From contig NC_081393.1 in the NCBI RefSeq assembly GCF_030684315.1, positions 2,194,281 through 2,238,263 of the forward strand: DNA of 43,983 nucleotides. The letters run 5' to 3'. Below, piece after piece: positions 10,301 to 19,174 of this stretch. Position 1 is the stretch's first letter, and every line of letters begins with the position of its first letter. This DNA comes from Stegostoma tigrinum (Eukaryota). Made by a program: the position numbers and the translations under genes. Below the pieces are notes generated by a model. That model searched no databases. It was not told the DNA's origin and was given only the letters and a program-made list of their open reading frames with translations.

Positions 10301-13300
10301 GTCAGAGAACAGTCGGCTAATCTGTGCAGCTTTTGAAAAGCACAAGCACTTCAATGAATTCTTCGTCCTGCTCTTTGTCCACCCAGCGACCAATACCTCC
10401 TCTTAGTGAGTTTAACATGCTTACTGGATTAAATTTCGGCTGCTCTGCTCTCTCTTGTGCCCACCGCCCCCCCCTCAGTCTAACGTGCTCCGCAGCCCCA
10501 TTTCCAGCTCCATTGCTGTCAACTCTCGTATACGACCCAGGACTGGAGATTGGGGCCTCATGCTGAAACCATACCCTGGGATCTATCACTGGTATCCAAC
10601 TCACATCAGTTTACCTTCCAATGCTGCTGGGTGACCTTCACTCCCTCTGTCTTATTGCACACCGAGTCCCACCAAGACACAAAGAATTTCACTTGGATAG
10701 AACCTGTAACTGAGGAGAACGTGCGAAGGTACCTCCCAGATATCTCACAAGCCCATGATGCTCCATGGCACACTCGAAACAGCCAAGAAAATCCTCACGC
10801 AGGAAGGGTGAGCAGAGGGGAATGTGTAGGGCAGCTTCACACAGCTTCAAGAGGCCTGTACAGGAGTGCTGTCACTACTGTCATATCAGAATCGGAGCAA
10901 AACTACTCCCCTGCGCACAGCAAGATCCCACAGGCACTTCCTGGATCATTGACTGAGGGTTAAATGTTAATCAGACTTCACTCACCTGCCCCACCCACCC
11001 CCTACACACAATAGCATGGATCAGAGTTTCTCCTGATTATAATCACTGAATCCCTAGCCTGCAGCAAGAGGCCAATCGGCCCATCGAGTTCCCCAGACCT
11101 TCCGACAGCACCCCACTGCCTGACCCCATCGCTGTCACCCCCACATGGAGGTTTGAGCAGGACATTCACCTGGAGACAGAGGGATACACTCAGGCTTCAG
11201 CTCAAAGTTCCAGGAAATCTCCGACTCTGGACACAATCAAGACAAAAGATCTGATTGGGTGGGATACAAATCCTCAGGGAATTCCCTGCAACTCCCACGA
11301 TTGTAACAACTGGTTAATTCCCAGCTCAGGGGGCAAAGTCAAACAGCTGCACTTGGACTGACACTCCACCTGTCGCCAACAGGCATTCGCATGGCTCAGA
11401 TAAACAAACTGCACTGTCACACCTGAGGGGGTGGGGGGGGGGAGAAAGAGGATGGAGAAAGAGAGACAGCCAGCCAGACACACACACACAGACACGAGAG
11501 AGAGACAGAGAGAGAGAGAGAGATATACACAGAGATAAACACACACGGTGCTGTCTGTCACTTGGCCAACAGAAACTCTGGGAACACTGACGCAACACTG
11601 CTGGGAGAGAAGCCTCTGAACAGCGTTCCAAAAGTTTGTTACAACTTCTGTGAAAGCTGTCGGGCTGAAGATCGTAGCTCATCACAGCTCCCAGAAAGGG
11701 CACTGTGTTAATGCAGTACTGCAGCCAGGGATCATCTCCACGGATCAGGCTGGCAAAGTGCCTGCACACCAGTATGACTGAGGCTGTTCTCCATTGGCCT
11801 GATGGAGCCGACACAGCTCGGAATCAGTGGCAGCTCCAAGTGTTCAGTTCCAGCCTCACATCACGCCGGGTTAAACCACAGAGACTCTCCTGGGCACCAC
11901 ACCATTGGAAAGATATCGCAGCTCCCAAGGTGAAAGCTGGCCAGAATGATAGCTGGACCCTAACAGTGCTATGACAAGGAGAGAGTCAAGAAACAAAAGG
12001 TTTTATTTCCTGTAAAGCAGAGCCTGAAGAAATAATTCTAGTTTGGATTTACAGCAGATGGAGTAAATAAGGTCACTTTAACAATTATCTAGGGATTGGC
12101 AGATTAATCATTGTCAAGAGATATTAGGGCATTACTAGTTTTAACCCCGGTCCAAAAACATTTACATCTGACAAATAAAAACTTCTCCAGGTTTGAGCAC
12201 AAGCAGCTATATGGAGCTGGGTGACAGATTCACCATGATCTCAGTGAAGAACTGGTTGGAGGGCCTGAATGGCCTCCTCCTGTTTTCTGACATCAATTGT
12301 GAGCTGAATCGCTCATGTTTGGAATCGCAGTCAACAGTGTTAGCCCCTGAGCGGTGGCCCATGCCTGACAAATCCAATCAGGAAGAAGACCGGAGATAAT
12401 GGGAACTGCAGATGCTGGAGAATCCAAGATAATGAAATGTGAGGCTGGATGAACACAGCAGGCCAAGCAGCATCTCAGGAGCACAAAAGCTGACGTTTCG
12501 GGCCAGAAACCAGGCAGTTCACTGTGTGAAGAGAGGAGATGGAGTGACCACTCAGTAGAGCATCACTGCCTGAGAGCTTGTAAAATCAGAGAGAAAAGAG
12601 CACAGACCAGCCAATGTGATGGGGGCTGTGTGGGTGAAAGGTGGGTACCCATAGTTACTTTGTTTTTGACAGCTGTAAAAGGGAGGAAGAGTCCAGTGAT
12701 TGGAGGGACAGGCAGAGAGTGACTGAGTACCACTCGTTTATTTGTGGGTATTAGATAGCCTGAGCAGCCTCATTTGCTCACACTGATCATTATAGAGAAT
12801 CTACATTAACGTCCAAAAATGCTTTTTAATCATTTCTACGAAATGCTGAAATATATTTTGAGGCAAAGCTGCCAGACATTCACTGCAACAAAATATTAGG
12901 TTATTCACTGTCAGATCGTTCGTTCCTATCCCCCTCAAATTACGGGCATACGAGAGAGGGGAAAGAAATCACGTGTGAAATGATTAACGCCAGGCAGAAA
13001 CTGAGCTACATGCCCATTTCTCAAACTGAGCAGGACAGTGCAATCTGTAAAGGTCTTCAGTCAGGAGTGTAACTGAGCCTGAATGAACTGCAGCCCATCA
13101 GCACGCTCACTGATCAATGCCCGCATCGACAGGATACACGATAATGTTTAGACCACCAGGCTGCAATGCCTGTGTGCAATTCTTGGCAAAACTTTTTTTC
13201 AGGGTGATGGCACCGCTGCTGAAAGCCAGCATTCACCGGCCATCCCCGTCCTACACTGCTGCAGGTTCTGGGGCAGGTACCTGCGGAGCACCACAGCAAG

Positions 13301-16300
13301 GAGCTGGCTGGACTCGCACCGAGCAACAGCGAAGGGACGGTGAGGAACGCCTGACTCAGGATGGCGTGGGACACGGAACATGCCGCTGGCGGTGTTGCTT
13401 CGTACCTGCTGCCCCTGTCCTTCTCAACAGAAGTGATTGGGGGTTTGGAAATTTGCTGCAAGTGCCACTTACGCAGTGAACGTTCAAAAAAGGCTGCAAC
13501 GTGTCCTTCAGTGCCGCACAACACAAAATAAACAAACATCCGAAGGCCCCAGGTTTGATCCCTGCTCAACTAACGGATCAGACGTGGAGAAGATGGACAC
13601 AGACAGGATGGTGCAGCTCAGCTTGGTGTCGTGGATGAGAATCCACCAGGCCTTCAGGTCCACGTTGATCCTGATGCTTGAGAAACAAAATGTTCAGGGA
13701 AGTGACTGTAACCTTTGAAAGGAGACGGAGCAGGAAACATTCCAGTTAATGGTAAAGGAAGGTGTGGGGAGCTGGAACATCCAGAGGGTAGAATGCTTAC
13801 AGAAAGACCCACCTGGGTGACAAGGCCGAATACAAAAAGCTAGCTACAAACCTAGCAGTGTATGACCATCAGGGGAAGCGATGCATGGTCAGGTGCCCAT
13901 TCAGGATGACTTCAAAAACCCGACTACAGTCTCTGGAGCAGCACAGATTTCTTCCCTTGTACTTGGCTCTGAGCCTTCTGTTTTCCGTGGACTCTGGACT
14001 CGGAGAAATTTCTACACTCGCGCAAGGATCAGGGTGAGATGGTAAGAGCCGAGGGGAGCCAACGGCCTGATGGCATTATCCCTCGTCTACGAACCCAGGT
14101 TTGAATCCTGCCACAGCAGCTAAATTCAGTTACTCTAAAAAGAAACCTGGATTTATAAGTCCAAACGACCATGAAACTGTTGTTGGAAAAAAAACCTACT
14201 GGGTTCACGAGCGTCCTTTAGGGAAGGAAGCAGCCGTCCTTACCCAGTGAGGCCTACACATGTACCCCAGACTCATGCTGCTGTGGCTCGGAGTGAGCAA
14301 TTACTAATGGCCTGGCCAGCGAGGCCAACATCTCCTCAATGGGCATGAACAAAAGTCTGAACTAAATCAGCAAATACAGCGAGAGCGATGGGAGAAGTGG
14401 TCTTTTTAGCAGGGCAGGGGCATTGGAGCCGGAAAGCATAGCCTGTGTGCGCGCTGGAAGCATCCTGAATCAATACACAGTGCAGAGAATCACACTGTTC
14501 GCTGGGAACGGAAGGTGGGGGTGAAGATGGATGAATGGCACTGAGTCAGCTGTTTGTTCAGAGAGCCACTACAGGCCAAGTAAGATAGGCAGAAGGGTCT
14601 CTGCCTGTAACAGGCCATTGTGGGAGCTTGCTGTGCACAGATTTCAGCTACAACATCCCAAATTCTAACTCCGAGCAAAGTTCCAAAATTCAATCCAGCT
14701 GAATGGCTGTCAATACTTTCCACAAAATCATGGATTTACATCTGAAGCACCAGGAACTAGATAGAGATACCCCTGAGACACAGAACGAAAGTGAGAATTA
14801 CTCTCTGTGAACTCAAGGCTGCAATAATATTTGACTCAGATTGCAGTGGGTTGATCTGGTCACCAATACTCACAGATGAAGATTTCACCTAGATCTCTCC
14901 ATCCAACTCCTGGTTCTTAACTCACAGTCAGTTAACCCTGTCCCTGAATAATTAACTCCAGAACGGCATCAGGCCAGGGAACAATGACAAGATGTGGTGT
15001 TTATGAGAAATAGGCCTCAGTCCATGTCTACTCCTGTGTGCCAATGGGACCACCCATTCCAACCTGCTGTCCTTGACATTTGTCCATTCACTTACTCCGC
15101 ATGGATTTGGGCTGGCAGACTCAATACCTTCGCACTGGATGGGATCCCTGCCAAGATTCTCAAAGGCGGCAGAGGGACAGCCCCAGTAAGATGCTCCTCA
15201 CCTGATAATCCTCAGTCAGGAACAGCCCACGTCACATGGGACCTCTCAGACAATGTTTGGGAAGAGAGCAGAGTCTGACTGCAGCACTGACAGCAGTGTC
15301 TCTGTGCTGTTTCCTGCAAGATTCACAGGCGTGGAAATGATGGACAGGAGCGATAGGGAAGAGTCCTAAAACCTAACAACCAAAACTACCTGTAGGCAAA
15401 CAGTGTCCACACTCTCTGAGCCCCATCACGGAATTCTTTCGAAAGAACGGGCCTCTGTCCCAACACCCCGCCGCTTAAAAAAAAAGCTCTTTTCTCAAGC
15501 AGCTCCTAAAGTGTCACAAATCCCCACAGTGAAGGCGTTCAGGAGTGAGATCCTTAAAAACGTGGACCATTTTTCTCCAACGTGGAACAAGGAAATTCAC
15601 TCCGAGTGCCAGCTCAGCCTGAAGCTGACTGGGATCACAAAGCAGAGACTAAATTCAAAGGTAGCCAGGCAGCTTTGAAGACCTGAACAATTTCTAGCAA
15701 TCACTCAAAGCACTGTACAAATCTTCCCACAATGCCTTAACAGGCCTGGGTGTGAGAGTAGAAAGGCCATCGTTCAGCAAGGTCCTATCCACAAGCCGAC
15801 ATACGCAGGGTGTCCTCACTGAAAACTAGCTGCACTGACTAGGACTTGTCTCTTGTGCGCCTGACACCACAGTCCCACAGCAAACACTCCATTCGGAAAA
15901 CCGCCACAGCAGGAGATTCCCAGTACGACAGAAAAATACCTCAGGGATGTCCTTAAAGCTCCCTGGACAGGTCAAACATCTCCTGCCTCATGGGAGTCTC
16001 TGGTTTCTGACTGACTGAACTGTAGGAAAGCTCACTAGGGAAGGCAAAGTACATGTCCACAGATCTCATTGGGAATACACAGAGAGAATCAGATGGCATC
16101 AGAATGAGGTCACTAAGCTCCCCCAGATAGATTGAACCAAGCCTGCAGAGAATTAATTTATCCCTGTGCATGAGGGACAGCAAAAGGGAAAGACAAACCA
16201 ATGATCAACCTCTCACTTGAGCGACAAAGAAGGGAAAGTGTGTTTCTTTGGTCCTGATGCAGGCTCCATCCCACACGAACCAAAGCCTCCTGTCAAACAA

Positions 16301-17868
16301 ACCATCCAGTTTCTGATCTGAACCAAAGCTTAAACCCACCTCACAATCCCCCCCCATTACGGACTTGGCCGAATTCAGGCAAAAATACGAAGCACACGGC
16401 ACATCTCAGAAGCTTGTAGGATCTGTTACATGTGACACAAGCAAACAAGGATTACATCCACAAATGTGTTACATCAACCCTTAAAGAAACCAGGACTCAC
16501 TTCTCACGGGTCTCACCAGAGCTCAGTGATGTTCATATCATCAGCATCATTGTACCATATCAGAGGCTAGTCAATCCATTAGATCTGCTGTCTCTTTGAA
16601 AAAGCTATCTAATTAATTCCCTTTGCCTGCTATTCTCCTACAGTTTCCACTTCAAGCACTTAGTCAGATCCCTGTTGAAAGTTGCTGCAGATCATGACTT
16701 GTAACGGAATGAAAAGTGTCTTATTTCCTCTCCCTTTCCTGTTTAGAGCCTTTGCTTCGTGATCTTCAGCCGACAGTAAACAAATTTTCCCCATTTGATC
16801 TAACTCACCACTGTGTGAACCCTCTCCTCACCTTTCTCAGAAAGGAGGGAAACAGTCACACTCTCTCCTCTTTCCACATGTTCCTGGACCCTGTGATCAC
16901 CTGTGAAATCTCTCAGGACGATTCCTTGCTTCTTGAAGTGGGATGCCCAGAATTGGACAGAAAATTTTAAGTGAGGTCTGAACAAGGTTTTTAAAAGTTT
17001 AGAAGATATCTCTCTTCATAAAATCAACAATCTCTTCTGACTGATGAACTTGCCCTGGCAGCTTGGAATAAGACTGGCCGTGCTAAATTGCCCATAGCAT
17101 CCGGGGATGTGTAGCTGAGGTGAATTCACTTTGGCAAATGCTGGGTTACAGGGATAGGAGAGGGGTGGAAAGAGTCTGGGTGGGATGTGCTTTGGAGAGG
17201 TGGTGTGGATTTGTTGAGCCAAATGGCCTGTTTCCACACTGTATCGGCTCTATCCTACAGCCCCTCAATCCACGTTTCCATGTAAAATTGTCCTTATCCA
17301 GTTCATAAATTCCCTTCGTTCTTCCTCCCAAAATACTACACATCACTGTTTTCCTCAAGAGTTGGCCTGTTTCCCAAATAGGTTTATGTCCAACTCAATT
17401 CTGTTATTGTCCTCCACCCAGATTTGGGTCACTTTGAAACGACATCCTGTACACCACCCCAACCCTGGTCCAGGAGATGAACATACATTTATTGCAAAAT
17501 GTATTGTACATTATTGTAAAAGCACTGGTCCTTATAAAGGCACCTTGTCAACACCAGTGTAGAATCTCGAAAACAACTACTCGCCACCACGCTGAACCTG
17601 CTGCTTTTTAACAGATTTTATCTACATTGCAACTCCTTCTCCACTCTCATACATGAACTCTTCCATTCGGTGTATGATGTGGGACATAAACATGTTTTGA
17701 AAATCCATCATCACACACAAAACAATCTTATCTCAGCCTCCGCGAGACTTCACAAGGGGCCCGACTGTTACTTTCTAGACTCAAGCAGAATCTTGACAAG
17801 CGGTTAAATCATTGGCTTACCATGTATTCCACTATCTTGTCATGGAGTATGGAGTCAGAGTCCATCAT
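1197..17868 (-). CDS. beta-TrCP family F-box/WD40 protein (BTRC/FBXW11-like), spliced, 3'-partial
   Basis: Exons 17868-17821, 8923-8846, 8144-7913, 5672-5486, 4018-3922, 1607-1470 and 1315-1197 all have GT/AG ends and compatible phases. They encode the N-terminus, D domain, F-box and first two WD40 repeats. The remaining WD40 exons lie left of the window. Paralog identity is ambiguous, so no symbol is given. Confidence 0.95.
1470..1607 (-). CDS. beta-TrCP-like exon, WD40 repeat 1
   Basis: [46 protein letters not shown]; tttcag| ... AAG|GTACGT; 138 bp. Confidence 0.97.
1771..3030 (+). mobile_element. CR1-type LINE, 5'-truncated: RT C-terminal half plus 3' UTR, frameshifted
   Basis: ORF 1850-2665 has VDVVYMD-like, [16 protein letters not shown] and [15 protein letters not shown] motifs. 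It continues in another frame (RGDLIEVYK) and ends in a typical gaagggcc...tgttcta tail. Confidence 0.93.
3213..3431. mobile_element. Palindromic Penelope-type short element with 11-bp target-site duplication
   Basis: Inverted arms of 78 bp at 3250-3327 and 3353-3430. ACCATGGTCTG flanks it at 3202-3212 and 3432-3442. Same family as copies near 10190-10282, 12395-12505 and 19445-19532. Confidence 0.75.
3922..4018 (-). CDS. beta-TrCP-like linker exon
   Basis: [32 protein letters not shown]; ttgcag| ... GAG|GTAAGA; 97 bp. Not in the ORF track; read by hand. Confidence 0.95.
4650..4746 (-). mobile_element. Penelope-type short repeat (second family) with minimal hammerhead-like core
   Basis: aacagaaattgctggagacgctcagcaggtctgacagcatctgtggagaga... 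is similar to 34200-34400. The minus strand contains CTGAGGA...GAAACGTT. Confidence 0.6.
4711..4746 (-). ncRNA. Candidate minimal type I hammerhead ribozyme motif
   Basis: GTT-CTGAGGA-A-GGGT-CAGTCC-ACCT-GAAA-CG-TT-AAC: conserved core boxes, stem II GGGU/ACCU, helix I GUU/AAC, and palindromic AACGUU in place of helix III. Activity is untested. Confidence 0.4.
5173..5495. repeat. C-rich variable tandem repeat (5 units, spacings 54-81 bp) containing copies of the F-box exon 5' splice site
   Basis: Core TCCCAGCAGCCTGCAGACCCC...GCAGTCCTTACCATCC. CTTACC occurs at 5211, 5287, 5368, 5422 and 5481. Confidence 0.92.
5486..5672 (-). CDS. beta-TrCP-like F-box exon
   Basis: [63 protein letters not shown]; gtgcag| ... 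GGATG|GTAAGG; 187 bp. Confidence 0.97.
6040..6490 (+). mobile_element. CR1/L2 LINE 3' fragment, degenerate
   Basis: Contains gaggaaagactag...ctggaatttagaagaatgagg...ggtcacagtctaagaataaaggg and a gaatggtggtgcaggctc tail. Confidence 0.75.
6850..7280 (-). mobile_element. CR1 LINE 3' fragment, degenerate
   Basis: Reverse-complement CR1 3' end: cagcacagaaacgggtccttcagtccaactc, taccagcttccaccacttcctctggcagctcattcc. Confidence 0.75.
7913..8144 (-). CDS. beta-TrCP-like D (dimerization) domain exon
   Basis: [15 protein letters not shown]...[45 protein letters not shown]; ttccag| ... CCAG|GTACAC; 232 bp. Confidence 0.96.
8846..8923 (-). CDS. beta-TrCP-like N-terminal exon ([26 protein letters not shown])
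   Basis: ctccag| ... CAG|GTGACA, 78 bp, phase 0. Aligns in length and motif with BTRC NSSEREDCNNGEPPRKIIPEKNSLRQ. Confidence 0.85.
9928..10282 (+). mobile_element. Penelope-type element fragment: pyrimidine-rich tract followed by a hammerhead-like box
   Basis: Long C/T-rich tract, then CTGATGAAGGGTCTAGGCCCGAAATGTCAG and gctgcttggcctgctgtgttcatccagc, shared with the 3213-3431 element. Confidence 0.7.
11455..11546. repeat. Compound (CA)n/(GA)n microsatellite
   Basis: cacacacaca...gagagagacagagagagagagagag. Confidence 0.8.
12395..12505 (-). mobile_element. Penelope-type short repeat fragment
   Basis: gataatgggaactgcagatgctggagaatcc...gctgacgtttcgggcc; same family as 3213-3431. Confidence 0.7.
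14055..14345 (+). mobile_element. Degenerate tRNA-derived SINE
   Basis: B-box-like ccaggtttgaatcctg, internal tcctttagggaaggaag...gtccttacc and a ggcctggccagcgaggccaacatc tail. Confidence 0.5.
16660..16995 (-). mobile_element. CR1 LINE remnant
   Basis: Minus-strand ORF 16800-16985 [15 protein letters not shown] matches the CR1 [13 protein letters not shown] motif. Confidence 0.6.
17070..17255 (+). mobile_element. HE1/V-SINE 3' part
   Basis: ggccgtgctaaattgcccatag...gggtgggatgtgctttgg...aatggcctgtttccacactgta; homologous to the SINE at 32305-32615. Confidence 0.7.
17821..17868 (-). CDS. beta-TrCP-like first coding exon ([16 protein letters not shown])
   Basis: ATG ATG GAC TCT ... GAA TAC ATG|GTAAGC, phase 0. 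Resembles FBXW11 exon 1 (MEPDSVIEDKTIELM) and BTRC exon 1 (MDPAEAVLQEKALKFM). Confidence 0.85.
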
Positions 17869-19153
17869 TCACAAGCTCAAAAACAGCGAGAGGGGAAGGG
17901 AGAGAGAGAGAGAGGCAGAAAGAGAGGTGGTTGGGGGAGGGGGGAGGAAGGTGGGGATCCTGTGGAATGGAGCTCCTTCTGCAAGCAGCAGGAGGTGGCC
18001 ACTTGACTCTCCCTCATCAACGAGAGAATCCCTTTTCAGTTGGCTCCAAATGAGGGGAATGGCCTGGATGTCTTTATGGGGGTCGGGGGGGGGTTAGATA
18101 AACAGCCTCCCCCTGCTCAGTCCTTCACCTTCATTTGGGAAGCTGCTGGGAGCAGGCTCTAGGCTGGAAGGGCCTTCGGGGGCTGTGTGTGAGAGGAGGC
18201 AGGGAACAGGATTTGAGGGGGAGGGGGTGTGGGATTTGAGGGGGAGGGGGTTGTGTGGGATTTGAGGGGGGTGTGGGATTTGAGGGGGGGTGTGGGATTT
18301 GAGGGGGGGTGGGGGATTTGAGGGGGGGTGGGGGATTTGAGGGGGGGTGGGGGATTTGAGGGGGGGTGGGGGGGATTTGGGGGGGGGGTGGGGGGGATTT
18401 GGGGGGGGGGTGGGGGGGATTTGGGGGGGGGGTGGGGGGGATTTGGGGGGGGGTGGGGGGGATTTGGGGGGGGGGTGGGGGGGATTTGGGGGGGATTTCA
18501 GGAAGATTCCTCCTCCTGGAAGCTGGATTTTCTCACTCTCGCTGGTCACGCTGTCGGGCCCCTTTTCTCTGGGTTTGGCCCGAGGCCGCTGCTCTTCTGC
18601 ACCTCCTCGCCCCTTTTGATTCTCAAATTTTCCTTCCCTTTTCCCCCACCCCCCCCAGACAGCCACCCACCACCACCACAAACCCACAGCCTCCCTCCTT
18701 CCTTCCTCTTTCACCCTCAGCTCAGAGACATCCGGGACCCGCCGAAGCACCACGGGAAAAAAAAACCCAAAATAACACAGCAGCAATTTTTTTTTCTCAG
18801 AAGGGGGAAAAATAAAAAATGGAATAAAAAGTGTGGGAGCGGGAGCTGCCTTTGGGCTCCGGGAGGCTGAGGGCGGAAAGTGCAACATGTAGCGGGGAGA
18901 GACACTGTAACAAAAAAAAGGCAACATTTGACCTTTGACCCCTCCACACATACAGACACACTCTCTCTCAGAGAGGGAGAGCTCCTTCCGGGATATACAT
19001 GACCCACAATTTACAGCAGAACGTGATCAAATCAAACAAGAGACAAGCCGATAGTTTATCTGGTGATTTTTATTTCTTTGTTGGTGATTGAAAGTGGGGT
19101 GGGGGGATTGGCTGTGACCTTTGACCCGCCTGAGGACTGCAATCAGCAGCGGC
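17869..19153. promoter_or_regulatory. Putative bidirectional promoter and 5' UTR region between the beta-TrCP-like gene and PBDC1
   Basis: Divergent start codons lie about 1.29 kb apart. The region is GC-rich with locally more CpG (about 18540-18900). Transcription starts cannot be mapped from sequence. Confidence 0.6.
18208..18499 (+). repeat. G-rich tandem repeat (GGGATTTG[A/G]GnTGn), G-quadruplex-prone
   Basis: About 15 units of roughly 17-22 bp with long G runs separated by ATTT or T. Confidence 0.9.
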
Positions 19154-19174
19154 ATGGCTGGTCTGGGATCTCTG
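19154..19174 (+). CDS. PBDC1: PBDC1 probable exon 1 coding part (MAGLGSL)
   Basis: Kozak ggcATGG, strong donor CTG|GTGAGT, phase 0 as exon 2 requires. Too short to confirm by homology. Confidence 0.6.

Noticed and set aside
11370-11422. Candidate 53-bp minus-strand cassette exon (ccctcag|...CAG|GTGGAG)
   Set aside because: It is not a multiple of 3, starts GTG TGA in phase 0, has a weak donor and shows no homology. The pyrimidine tract comes from a microsatellite.
18515-18570. GPDSVTSESEKIQL resembling the FBXW11 start MEPDSV
   Set aside because: There is no initiating ATG or phase-0 donor, and a far better exon 1 exists at 17868-17821.
18094-18951. 285-aa proline-rich (extensin-like) ORF and glycine-rich ORFs on the opposite strand
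   Set aside because: These are translations of the G-run repeat, with no coding-like structure.
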